This document shows, piece by piece, positions 12,401 through 23,702 of a stretch of 64,000 nt of DNA. Below the pieces are notes generated by a model, which saw nothing but the letters and a program-made list of their open reading frames with translations, was not told where the DNA came from and ran no database searches. Source of the DNA: Podarcis tiliguerta (Eukaryota). The position numbers were made by a program, and so were the translations under genes. How positions within the stretch are numbered: position 1 is the first letter of the stretch; every line of letters starts with the position of its first letter. Location: NCBI GenBank assembly GCA_965153285.1, contig OZ229112.1, one strand, 5' to 3'.

Positions 12401-15400
12401 NNNNNNNNNNNNNNNNNNNNNNNNNNNNNNNNNNNNNNNNNNNNNNNNNNNNNNNNNNNNNNNNNNNNNNNNNNNNNNNNNNNNNNNNNNNNNNNNNNNN
12501 NNNNNNNNNNNNNNNNNNNNNNNNNNNNNNNNNNNNNNNNNNNNNNNNNNNNNNNNNNNNNNNNNNNNNNNNNNNNNNNNNNNNNNNNNNNNNNNNNNNN
12601 NNNNNNNNTTTACTGACATGTAGGCTTAATGTGGGAAAGGGGGGATGAGAGTTATTTCCCCCCCTCAAGACAGATAGTGGGATCAGAGGAACAGGTTAGT
12701 CTTTAATAAAGCAACTTACTCAATGTGAACTTGTAGCAGTGATAATAATTACTTCAGATGTATCTACCTTTGGGGATTTGTATTATATTCTATAAAAACT
12801 GTAAAATCAATGCCAAATGTATTTGCTTTGGGGAAATTGAATGTGAAGATCGTATTTTCCTGCTCTTACTTACATAATCATGGATTTACTTGCACTTTCT
12901 GTTTACTTTCTTACACTGATGTCCATACAACCATCAGTTGCTGATTATTTCTGCACCCTGGGTTTATATAGCAAAAAGGCAATATCAATTTTTGCTTCTT
13001 GGTAAGATGTACAAAATAAATGAAATAGTATCACTTTAGAATTTTACCCTTGGGGATTTTCCCCAACCTTTTATTCTCTCTTCCATTGTAAAGCATGCAT
13101 ATATATTTAAATTAGTTTGCTGGCTAATAGGTTCTCCTTGTTAGGTGCTAATGAGCCATTAGCTGTTAAAGAGTTATAGATGGAAACTGGATAGTGTAAT
13201 AATACTGCACGTTAGATTCAAACAAGAAAAGAGGATAGCTTCTATGGGCACAGAAAATAAATCCTATGTATAGGATGCTACAGCAAACAGTATGGTTTCT
13301 TATTTTTCAGTAAACAAAAAAGAGAGCAAGACCGTTCTCGATCTTCCTCAACTTCCTCCCCATCTTCCTCCTCATCCAGTTCCCGAGAAGAAAAGGACAG
13401 CAAGAAAGAAAGAGATGAAGAATTTAAACCCCATCACGAGCAGAAAGAATACCCAGGTTTTACAGGAGTTGGAAGACCTAGAGGCACATTTGTGAGTTTC
13501 TACCATACTTTTCCTGTTGTTTTTTTTAAAAAAGTCATAATTGTAATAACGGCATTCAAATTATTAGGGTTTAGTTGTTTTATGTGAAATATTATGGAAG
13601 TGCATTTTGAAGAAGTTCCTGCTGGAAATGTAGCTTGCAAGGAGGAAATATATAAAATCCTATCCTAGATAGGGATATATTTATCTTTTTTGATAAAAAT
13701 ATGCACAATAAACATCTAGTCACACCTGCGGTGTTTCCTATTGTGTTCTACCATTAGCTTGCACATATGCTTCGTAGTCATGATTTTAAGTGTTTGAAAA
13801 GTTGATTGTGAATTTTCTCACAGAATATTCTACCTTGTTAGTGAGACTTAATTAAGGAGTAAGTTTTTCTGTGTGTATTCCTTTTTCCATATTCTTTGTT
13901 TTACTTTTTTGTATTTCTAGTCTCATGAGCAGTGTTTTGAGCAGGAGGGACCAAATTAACCAGAGTAATACATGATTACAAGATAAAACAGTGTCATCTG
14001 GGCTTTCATGTTCAGTGACAAATGAGCCAAGTCATCCATTATTTGAGATTGGCATGAGAGAAAGGTGTATACAATTTTAAAGCAGTTGCCTTATTTGTAT
14101 TGGGCTAAAGTTCATTACACTCTGGATAGTATCATGTGCTTTAAAATGGGATGAGAGAGTTCTTTATGGGGAGGAGCAAGATGCATTTTTACTACATCTC
14201 ATTGCAGGCCAAATCGAATAATGGATTACTTCTATCCAACCCAAACTTCACTAGTAAGGTGTTGGTTTTGTGTGACACGTAGTCACAGTTAAGTAATGTC
14301 CATTAATTGCAAATGCCAAAATCCTGAGGCCCTTAAAATTGCAAGATTTAAATAATCCAGAGTTGGCTTGTTGTTGGCTCTCTTCTTTGCTGTGCTTATG
14401 GTTTCATTGTTTCAGAATAGGGTAGGATAGCTAAATTCTTTATAGTAAAATATTACAGTTTATCAAGGGTACCTAAACTAGGGCAAAGTACTTTAAAGAA
14501 TTACAAGAAATTGTTATGTTCAATTGGACTGTGAGCAACCAGTATTTGTAAAAACTGACCTAAGGTTACACAAGAATATAATCAACAATAAAGGGATATA
14601 TAACATTCTTGTTATGGAATGACATGTATGTTGTGAAATATAAAGCAACATTTTAACAGCTTAGTAGTTTAAATGGGAAGATGGAATTGGGACTGGTTAT
14701 CATTATTGAGGGTGTGTCCAGTTTTAAATTTTAAGAAACACTATTACTTGGTGGCAAATAAGTATATTAGAGAGAGATGATTTAGTGGTGCTTTCTTTTA
14801 TTTCCTTAAAGTATTTTTATTCTGCTCTTCATAAAAAAAAAAAGGGGGCTCTGGTGTGACTTACAAAAATCATCAGAAAGGTAGTCCTTGCCCTTGGGTT
14901 TTAGATCGAAAGAGAGACACACAGAAGCAAAAGGGGTTTGAAGGGGAGCGAGGAAACAAGCTCATGTACTTGAGTTTCTTGTAATGACCAGCTGGAATTG
15001 AAAGATTTGGGAAAGAAGAGCTGGAAGTTGCTGGTCTTTCATCAGACTCTTAATTGGCGCCCAATAATTTGGTTTGTTTTCTTCACATGATGTGAGTGGA
15101 CTTAAAGGGAAATACAATGCACTTGCCCTAGCAATGCAATCCTGTATGAAAATTCTGTATACCCATATTATATATTAGACTTGGAATTTACATACTTAAT
15201 ATAAATGTATTATGTACATTTAAGAACCTAAGCTTCAGGCAACCTATTCTATTCTTCCTTATAGCAGTTGCTCCTCCACATCTGCCTCAAAACTACACCA
15301 CAATCTTTTTATCTTTTCAGAAATGTTACCAAAGTCCATTTTCCAAGATCTTCAAATTAGTTACTTAATGTGGTTTATACCTTAGTTAATGGCTTTGAGT

Positions 15401-18400
15401 GAATACATAATCATTTAATGTTTTTGGTGTAAGTAATATTGTGCCATATAGTTCCTGTTATAAATGAGCCTTCTATATGGGATAGTTTATGAAACATTGA
15501 AAGGCAGCTATGACTTGGACAGAACTGTGGGTCTTGCCATGCCAGCAACTAGAAAAAGGTCAAGACTGTTTTTTAATGCTACTTTTTTAAAGTTACTTGA
15601 AAGTATTTTTCCTATTACATCTCTGTTGTGCTATTTCAGTTAAAATGCATTTTAAAAAATCTAGGCTCTTTCCATTTCTCTTACTTTTTCTCCTTTCTTG
15701 CTTTTTATGTTGAATATTCTAGACTACCAGACTTTGATTGTTCATTGTAATGTGCAGTAAGAGAACAGTAACTCCCGAACACATGTGTTTAATTTCTCCA
15801 TCCTTCAAAGCTAGGCTTTTAAGCTGCTTCTTTGGAGAACTAGAAGCATCAGCAAAAATTGCTGAATTTGGTGTTTTCTATGGACTACTAGACTTTAGAA
15901 ATTTCTCACTATCATATACTACTTTTTCAAAGTGTTATCTTGGATACGCCCCTTTTTTAAAAAATATGTAAACGCTCTTCTGCTAGCTAGAATGCCATTA
16001 CCTTAAAGTGGCAGTTAAATTCTGTAGATTGATCCATAAGCCACTTCATTTGTGTGTGGTATTATCTGATGAATGATAACAAAGCATATTAGTTCATGCA
16101 TTAGGAATTTATCATTTGCTTTGTGTAAACAAATTAAATGCATAAATGCTTTGGTTAATCAGTTTCGAATTAGGGGCAGAGGAAGAGCCAGAGGCGTGTT
16201 TGCTGGAACAAATACTGGTCCCAGCAACTCAAACACTACTTTTCAAAAGAGACCGAAGGAGGAGGAATGGGATCCTGAATATACCCCAAAAAGCAAGAAA
16301 TACTTCTTGGTGGGTGCCATACTATTATGCATGCATCTTTTCTCAAAGCTTGTCTTATAAGCAAATTTATGTAGGCAATATCTAAAGCATCTTCTATCAT
16401 TTGAAGAATCTTAAGAGTCCTATAGGGGGAGCATTAGAGCTCATACTTGCTTTTATATCCATCTACATAGGCTGATAAGAAATGACTAGCTGTAGAAGAC
16501 AGGTCTTTTTGCACAACCTCTTGCTTGTCAGTTGTGAAGAGAAAAGGAGAGAAAGTCTAGCACTTACAACAGGCGTCCCCAAACTCGGCCCTCCAGATGT
16601 TTTGGGACTACAATTCCCATCATTCCTGACTACTGGTCCTGTTAGCTAGGGATGATGGGAGTTGTAGTCCCAAAACAGCTGGAGGGCTGAGTTTGGGGTG
16701 CCTGATTTACTCCTGCAATACACTGTTGTAAATACCTTATTCTATAGCAGATTTCACAGTTGTAATACCTTCAACTGTAAGGAGATTGGCTTGCATAAGA
16801 GCTGTGAGAGAAACCGATAGTAATAGCACCACTGGTTTCAGTTGAATAAAAATTAAAATCTTGCCCCTCCTGTTCACCCCGACCGCCTCCCCCAAATACC
16901 TGTTAGGCCCTGAGGAAGTTATAAATGCTTCCCTGACCCAAAGCCTTTGGTCAATATATGACTAGAAAGAAAAGCACATTTTTGCATTGTATTCTCCTGA
17001 TGCCCCTTAGACCCGGGTTTTTTTTTTTGGGGGGGGGGAATGTTTACAACAAACTTTACCTGCACCATAACTTTGTGCTGCTTTTATGAGGCAAAAGAGA
17101 GTTATTTATGCCTTCCCTATCAGTGATAGCCTGGTCGTCCAGTATTGGGTAATGGGCAAGTTTATCCCCCAAAGGGTTGCCCCCAGAGTATAGCATTTCC
17201 AGTAGCAATTAATTTATTGGAGGGAAAGTAAAAGCATCCATTCAAGGAAGCCAATGAAGTCCTGTCATCTATCCAAAGTGATTTGGGCTTTGCAATTCCT
17301 TAACTTGTTTTTGGCCTGTTTGCATTGGGAAGAAAGTCAAGGCTATATCTGAATAGCCTTGTCTGTCCTGTGTTCTGTTTCATAGTCTACACTATGTCAA
17401 TATTGGGAACTGGCATTTCTGTGTAAAATCTTTCTGATTGCTCACTTGGCAGATTTTTATAGATGAAAATCAAAAAATGTAATGCAAGTGTAATATGCAA
17501 CAAAATGTTAACAGTGCTTGTTCTCCTTTCCCCCTCCTCCAGCAGCCAGCCAACATTTGTAGGCATTGTACATACCTAGCCCTAATTGGGCTGTTTTGGG
17601 AATCCTCCACTTTATTCTGTTTTTTTGTACTTCTGCAAAAGTTCCTCTGAGTTTTGACTATACTGTATAAGTTATAGTTGCAACCACACTCATTCCTCAA
17701 CATTGGAAATTGAGAGAATGATATGGTAGGCATGGTTAGTTTTCTTTGATTTTTTTGATGTAGCAAAATCTGCCATGTGACTTTTCAGAAAATATGTATA
17801 TTAACCCATTATTTACTGTTTCTTCCCATACATTTTTGCATCCCATCAATTAGTACTGGTAAACCCGAGGGTGTAGTATAGATAACTGAAACATAGACAA
17901 TTTATATTGAATCAGACAAGCAGAAGTTTAGAAGCCTGTGCAAATGACTAAGATATTTTGTTGCACCTAAAACTGAATAATCTGTTCTGTGTCCCTTCAA
18001 ATCAATGAGGGCCCTTAGATTAGTGGCACAGCATATGCTTTGTATATCTAACATACTAAATTTAATCACTGGCATCTCCTGTTAAGGGATCTTTGGTAGC
18101 AGCTCTGGGAGATGCCTCTACCCAAGACATAGTTTTGCGCAAGCTTTCCAGTCCAAATGGACAATGCTGAGTTTGATGGACCCAATATTCTAACTTGATA
18201 TCGGGCAATTTTGTATGTCTGTATGCTTCAGAACATCAAGAACAAATGACTCAGCTACAGTTTTTAGCTGTGTAAAGCAGGTGGTTTAAACTTTTCCAAA
18301 TAAAGTGTGTTAGATGCTTAATTTTCCATTGTTAATCCATGTTTTACTCTAGCATGATGACAGAGATGATGGTGTAGATTACTGGGCTAAAAGAGGAAGA

Positions 18401-18682
18401 GGTCGTGGCACTTTCCAGCGTAGCAGAGGAAGATTCAACTTCAAAAAATCAGGTAGCAGTCCAAAGTGGACACATGACAAATACCAAGGGGATGGGCTTG
18501 TGGAAGATGAAGAAGAAACAATGGAAAATGAAGACAAGGAGAGACGTAAAGAAGAAAAAGTAAGTAGTTCTGGTTTATGAACTCCTTTATTGCTCTATGA
18601 ATTCTAATTCTAATTTTAAATGGCTTAAAAACCCAAAGTGTAAATAGTGCAAACATTTTCATCTCTTTTTGCACAGGAATAG
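317..18682 (+). CDS. BCLAF1: Bcl-2-associated transcription factor 1, whole spliced CDS: join(317-420,999-1904,3166-3834,~3927-4096,8791-8896,11167-11251,12070-12245,13311-13491,16163-16309,18353-18559,18677-18682), ~918 aa
   Basis: Exons joined by GT-AG with consistent phases. RS-rich N-terminus [23 protein letters not shown]3/BCLAF1-family motifs ([55 protein letters not shown]) and C-terminus KEEKE*. Total length assumes the gapped exon is 170 nt as recalled for mammals. Confidence 0.97.
999..1904 (+). CDS. BCLAF1: BCLAF1 large RS/RGG-rich exon
   Basis: Lies within ORF 970-1908; acceptor tcttag|TT at 999; donor AAG|GTAGGA at 1905. Confidence 0.96.
3166..3834 (+). CDS. BCLAF1: BCLAF1 exon YTDEESRV...PLDDSNR
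   Basis: Lies within ORF 3131-3838; acceptor ccacag|G; donor CAG|GTAATT. Confidence 0.96.
3875..4036. other. Assembly gap (162 N)
   Basis: Run of N. Confidence 1.
4037..4096 (+). CDS. BCLAF1: BCLAF1 exon, visible 3' part only ([19 protein letters not shown]); 5' part lies in the N gap
   Basis: Family motif directly after the gap; donor AAG|GTATGT at 4097. Confidence 0.93.
6205..6378 (-). mobile_element. Degenerate tRNA-derived SINE (Squam3-like)
   Basis: On the minus strand, a tRNA-like head (gctaagcaataaagcacatattttgcaagctcaaagtcccatattgaatcccagg) and a CR1-type tail ending aaggcagctacctatg; similar to the copy at ~18015. Confidence 0.5.
8791..8896 (+). CDS. BCLAF1: BCLAF1 exon [35 protein letters not shown]
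   Basis: caacag|AA acceptor, CAG|GTGCAG donor, 106 nt, phases 1/2 fit the neighbouring exons. Confidence 0.95.
9660..10195 (+). mobile_element. Degenerate L2-clade LINE 3' fragment
   Basis: Decayed [14 protein letters not shown]...LH-LP reading, homologous to the 28.5 kb and 61.5 kb copies; ends in gggcagtatagaaat...aataaat. Confidence 0.65.
11167..11251 (+). CDS. BCLAF1: BCLAF1 exon [28 protein letters not shown]
   Basis: atttag|G acceptor, AAA|GTAGGT donor, 85 nt. Confidence 0.95.
12070..12245 (+). CDS. BCLAF1: BCLAF1 exon [28 protein letters not shown]...YKDD
   Basis: atccag|G acceptor, CAG|GTAAAA donor, 176 nt. Confidence 0.95.
12335..12608. other. Assembly gap (274 N), intronic
   Basis: Run of N. 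Confidence 1.
13311..13491 (+). CDS. BCLAF1: BCLAF1 exon [13 protein letters not shown]...GRPRGTF
   Basis: tttttcag|T acceptor, TTT|GTGAGT donor, 181 nt. Confidence 0.95.
16163..16309 (+). CDS. BCLAF1: BCLAF1 147-nt symmetric exon [15 protein letters not shown]...PKSKKYFL
   Basis: aatcag|TTT acceptor, TTG|GTGGGT donor, phase 0/0. Confidence 0.94.
16570..16704. mobile_element. hAT-type MITE (palindromic, ~135 bp)
   Basis: TIRs CAGGCGTCCCCAAACT / AGTTTGGGGTGCCTG; internal ttttgggactacaa...ttgtagtcccaaaa; degenerate 8-bp flanks acttacaa/atttactc. Confidence 0.85.
18010..18222 (+). mobile_element. Degenerate tRNA-derived SINE (Squam3-like)
   Basis: Head agtggcacagcatatgctttg...aatcactggcatctcc; tail gacaatgctgagtttgatggacc...tatgt. 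Confidence 0.5.
18353..18559 (+). CDS. BCLAF1: BCLAF1 exon [19 protein letters not shown]...KEEK
   Basis: ctctag|CAT acceptor, AAA|GTAAGT donor, 207 nt. Confidence 0.95.
18677..18682 (+). CDS. BCLAF1: BCLAF1 terminal coding segment (Glu + TAG)
   Basis: ctctttttgcacag|GAA TAG gives the KEEKE* ending. Confidence 0.9.
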   Translation, partial: E

Positions 18683-20230
18683 TAAATTTGAAGATGAACT
18701 ACAGCTGAAAACATCTATGTGCTATCTACACAGCATTATAATATGACTTGTCTTCAAATGAATGTAAGCATTTTACTTAAATTTTATTGTTGGAGAGTAG
18801 TTTAGTTTAGTTTTTGTTTTTTGTTCTTTTGCAATCTCACTAAATAGTAACTGTTGATGATTATACAAAAGCAAGTAGAAAAGGTACAATACTATTTGTC
18901 ATGAGCAACTTTTTAAAATGTTTACTGATTGTTATAAGCAGTGTAACTTTGCTTTGTCCAGAATATATGGTGAGAACCCTGAAAGTTGTATTTCATTGCC
19001 CCTTCCACAGCTGTGTTTATTCTAAAGTAAAACTTAGGTCTGCACATCTAAATCTTGAGGCAGCATTTTAAAATAAATCAGTACTAAAGATCAATTCTAT
19101 GATGGAGTTAGTAATTTCCTGAACTTTCTATTTGTGTGGCTTATGTTTAAATTGCAGCATAATATTTCTTTGACTGATTTGGGTTGGGAGACTAATAATT
19201 TGTTTAACGCAGCCACCAAATGTCTCAACATTTGAACAGCACTGCAAGATTAAGGATTTGCAATCTGTTTTCACAAAGCTTGCTATTGATCACGTTTGAG
19301 AACCTGAATACTTTGCTATCTTTTGTATCCCATTTTCTGAAAAATGAGTGCAAATAGGACATTATGCAAGTCAGTGTTGGGATCTTATTAATTCTCTCAT
19401 ACATTCACATTTCTAGAACACGATGGGAGTTCTCTTCTGAACTGATCTAGATCTGACAAGTAGAGCTGTAGCTTAACAGGTGCTACGTTTCTCCGTCCAC
19501 ATACCCTTACTGCTAATGGGGAAATGCCTCAACTGTTTGTGCAACAGCACTAAAAGTAGCTTGACCTTCTGCATACTTTTCTTACAAGAAGACTTGTCCT
19601 ACATTCCAAACCTTTAGGCGTACGACAGAAAGAGGTAAATTGTAGTGAAAAAGTTACCTTTTAACACAAGCATGTTTCAGTGTTTTCCCTCCCAGAGTTT
19701 ACATGCATAATAAACATAGTCTTATGTAAAGCACTAGATGCTATCCATTTATAACATTTAAGCAGTGTGTATAACAAAATGACATTATTACTGCAGGAAC
19801 ATTAGAGGAAGACTCACTGACATCTCGTGAAAGTGTCGGCCAGAAAACTCATGGCAATATTGATCCAGCTACCAAATGTATCAATCTTTCCCCCAGTTTG
19901 TAAAATAGTATTTTCCGTGGGTTTTCTTCAGATAAATAACTTGACCATTTGGATATCTTCATGTTTTCAGTCTTCAGTGGAATAAAGATGTGAAAATTCT
20001 AAAATGACATGAGACTTTCATTTGCAGGTCCAACACATGCCATAGAAACATTATTAAAGCTGTATGTTTAAGTCTAAGCTATAAGGATTCTTGGAGGAAA
20101 GTCTGACATTCTATTTTACATTTAAAAACCACATATTGAAAGAGTAATTTAAGCCAAATTTGAATTCATGTGTCCATTTAAAAGCTGAATACCAGTGTTT
20201 TGTCCAATAAATTCTACTGCTTGAAATCAT
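18683..20230 (+). other. BCLAF1: BCLAF1 3' UTR (approximate extent), AATAAA hexamers at 19072, 19709, 19981 and 20206
   Basis: AT-rich, repeat-free stretch after the stop codon with several canonical poly(A) signals. The true end cannot be determined from sequence. Confidence 0.55.
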
Positions 20231-20676
20231 ATTTCAGTAATTGCTAAGTTTCTGAAAGTCACACTGTTGGTACTTGAACTCTGACTGCTGCTGCCGGGTA
20301 TTAGACTGAATGGCATCTATAAATGCAAAGCATTGAGGTGTACCGTTGAGCACACCCTGCTCAGTATCTTAATGATAGTGTGCAAAGTACTGTATTCATT
20401 TAAAAAAAAATCATTCTTTTGTAAGGTAAACTGTGATATGAAGATTATGGTCTACATTATGACATCACAACAGAGCTTCTCTTTCCTGTTCTCCCTTCAG
20501 CCCCCCCAAATCTGTTCCAGAGAGTTGGGGAACCCTATGGAGCAATTTTGGGGAGCTCGGGGGGTGAAATTGGAAGCTATGTTGCACAAGCAGATGGGTA
20601 TTATGGATGCAGCCTAATTTATTCTTACCTTGTTAGGTTAAGTAACCAAGAAGTCTAGATACAGCTGTCCAAATTA

Positions 20677-20996
20677 CAGTGGTGCCCCGCAAGACGAATG
20701 CCTTGCAAGACGGAAAACCCGCTAGACGAAAGGGTTTTCCGTTTTGGAGGTGCTTCGCAGGACGAATTTCTCTATGGTCTTGCTTCGCAAGACGAAAATG
20801 TCTTGCGATTCCTGGGTGTTTCTTTCCGCTCCCCACCCCCTTTTTCTAAGGCACTAAGATGCTAATAGCCTTTTAGCAGCTAATCCGCTAATCCCTTAAG
20901 ACTTTAATAGCTGCTAAACCGCTAATAGCGCTAATCCGAACCGCTAGACAAAGAGACTCACGGAACGGATTCTTTTCGTCTTGCGAGGCACCACTG
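20677..20996. mobile_element. Non-autonomous Tc1/mariner (pogo/Tigger-like) element
   Basis: TA|CAGTGGTGCCCCGCAAGACGAA ... TTCGTCTTGCGAGGCACCACTG|TA: TIRs plus TA target duplication; internal ccgctaa/gctaatag short repeats. Confidence 0.9.
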
Positions 20997-21191
20997 TACT
21001 TGTTTTCACAAAATAAATTCTAGGCTTTTGTAATGTACGACCATGCATCTCCTTTATAAAACTGTAGTTTGGATCTAAAAGGGAGATTTATGCTTTCTTA
21101 ATCTAGTCACAGATCACACAGGATTTTATTTTTATAAGCCCTTGGGTGGAAACACAGTGCCTATTTTAAACAAGCAAGGTTACAAAAACAG

Positions 21192-21382
21192 AGTTTACAA
21201 CTAAACATTAGGAATAACTTTTTGACAGTAAGAATTGTTTGAAAGAGGAACAAACTCCCTCAGAACGTGGTGGACCCTCCTTCATTGGAAGTTTTTAAGC
21301 AGAGGTTGGATGGCCATCTGTCATGGATGCTTTAAGCTAGATGACCCTCTGGATCCCTTCCAACTCTACAATTCCATGATTC
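21192..21382 (+). mobile_element. CR1 LINE 3' end
   Basis: Decayed ORF2 end (LNIRNNFLTVR...PSLEVFKQRLDGHLSWML) followed by gatgaccctctggatcccttccaactctacaattccatgattct. Confidence 0.85.
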
Positions 21383-21518
21383 TAAGGTAGATTAGCTCAG
21401 AGGTCGTCAATTTACAACAGTAGCATAGATTTGCAACATTGGGAGCAATGGATTCTCTCTGACTAAATCATATGAGCAGACCCATTGAAATCAGTGGGCT
21501 TAACTTAGTTACTAACAT

Positions 21519-21850
21519 GAGAACATAAAAAGAGCCTGCTGGATCACCATCTAGCCCAGCATCCTTTTCCCAGTGGCCAACTGTATGTCTGTGGGAGACC
21601 CACAAGCAGAATTCAAGAACAAGAGCACTCTCCCCTCCTGGGGTATCCTGCAACTGGTATTCAGAAGCATTACTGCCTCCAGTAGTGAAGGCAGAACATA
21701 ACCATCAGGGTTTGAAGCTACCAGTAGCTTACTCCTCCATTAATTTGTCTAATCCTCTTTTTAAGCCATCAAAGTTGGTGGCCATCACAGCAAGTTCCAT
21801 AGTTTACTGTAACTATACACTATGAGAAGACGTACTTTCATTTATATGTC
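21519..21850 (-). mobile_element. CR1-family LINE 3' fragment
   Basis: Begins agaacataaaaagagcctgctggatca (reverse of the ttcttatgttct tail); homologous to the copies at 31547 and 51075. Confidence 0.7.
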
Positions 21851-22318
21851 CTATTGGACTATTACTAAAGTAGTCCATTGATTTCAGTAGTTCTACACTG
21901 AGCATTACTTAATCAGATACAATTCAATATCTACAAAAGGGGGGAGGTTCTGTGAAGTAGTGGAAAAATTAGCCAGCTCATTTCAGGTTGACACGTTTAT
22001 GCACCAAAACCCACCCATTTGATTGAGCTGCAACTTGATGTTCAGGAGGGCAGGTGTGCCCTTTATTTTAAAATCTAGTAAGGTAAAGGTATTATGACAT
22101 TGTCACATTTATTGAATTCCCTTGTATACTTGTATACTATGGTCCTGTCAAGTCCTGGGGTTTTGTGGGGTTTGAAAAGGCTAACCAAAATAATTTTGCC
22201 ATTGATGTTTCTTCCTCGAGAAATTCACAAAGTCACTTCCAAGAGCATGGGCACTGACTAGCTTGCAACAAGCTTAGTTCTGGTATACTGAACATACTGA
22301 CAGACATATGATATAAAA

Positions 22319-22395
22319 GCAGTGGAAGACAGGAGTTCCTGGCATGCTCTGGTCCATGGGGTCACGAAGTCAGACACTACTAAACAACAACAAAC
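22319..22395 (+). mobile_element. RTE-BovB LINE extreme 3' end
   Basis: VEDRSSWHALVHGVTKS motif followed by a (CAA)n tail. Confidence 0.8.
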
Positions 22396-23247
22396 AGAAC
22401 TGACCACCTCCATCTACCTTCTCATACACCAGACACACTTCTGCTCTATTTCTTTATTCAAACCCTTAAAAAATGTGTTGGTGATACCACTTGTACTGTT
22501 CCAGGAAGAACTGATAAATGAAAATAAATGACTTGGACATAAATGTGTTGGTTAGTTTTATAATGTGGCAGGAGATGGAAAGTTTGTAGTGTATTAGATA
22601 TATTTATATCAAAACTCGGAAGATTAGGGTAAAAGTAAAATCATCAGGATCATCCTACATATTGGTGATAATCCCAAGTAGTCAGGCATGTGCAGCACTA
22701 GTTCAGAAATGGCAAGAAGAATGAGCTATGGCACAGAATTTGAGCATTGGGGGAAACCAAAGAGCAAATGCAGTGAGCAGCAAGGCCTGGAATAGCATTC
22801 TTTAGTTTCTGTTTTGGCTTAAATTTAAGAACCAAATACATTACAATGAACAAGGGTTAAAAGCATGGATGTGGTGATACAGACTTCCAAACCACTTTGA
22901 CTGAGCAAAGTAGCAAACAAGGAAGGCCCTGTCAGACTTGAGATCACTACAAGTGAAATAAGGTATGTGTTTTGACATGCAGGACCAATTCAGTGTTTAC
23001 ATGACTGAAACTGCTGTGTTTCCTGATGAGAGAGTTACACAGAGACATGTTCCAGGAAGCTGCAACTGGCCATAGATTCAAGATGTGACAGATCGGAGTG
23101 ACCACAGACACAATCTCAATTTGGAAACAAGTTTTTTCTGAACCAGATGAGAAGCTTGTTTCTTGGACTATGGAACAATCACAGTGCCAGTAGTGGTTAA
23201 GCACTAAGGTAAACCTGAAGGCGTTGCTTTCTTGAGACAATATTGTA

Positions 23248-23473
23248 CAGTAGTACCTCGGGTTACATACGCTTCAGGTTACAGACTCCGCTAACCCAGA
23301 AATAGTACCCGGGGTTAAGAACTTTGCTTCAGGATGAGAACAGAAATCACGCGGTGGCGGCGCAGCAGCAGCAGCGGAAGGCCCCATTAGCTAAAGTGCT
23401 TCAGGTTAAGAACAGTTTCAGGTTAAGAACGGACCTCCGGAACGAATTAAGTACGTAACCAGAGGTACCACTG
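23248..23473. mobile_element. Tc1/mariner (Tigger-like) MITE
   Basis: TA|CAGTAGTACCTCGGGTTAC ... GTAACCAGAGGTACCACTG|TA; same family as 55986-56172, in opposite orientation. Confidence 0.9.
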
Positions 23474-23702
23474 TATCTATTTGTTAACAGTGCATGTTGC
23501 AAGCAGAGAAAAAGGCTGCAACTTGGGAGTGAAAGTACACCTGGCATCTTTACAACCAACAGTGTTTAGTGGTGGGAACTCATACACTTTAAGCAGGCTC
23601 ATACTGTGGGAAGGGGGTTTATAGCAATAATCAAGACTAAATTTGAAAATAAAGCAAGTTGAAACCTGGAATTTTCCTTTGCACAAAAATTAAATCAGAT
23701 TT

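Noticed and set aside
3839-12668. Poly-X ORFs at ~3.9 kb and ~12.4 kb
   Set aside because: Artefacts of N gaps; only the KSTSESF... segment is real coding sequence.
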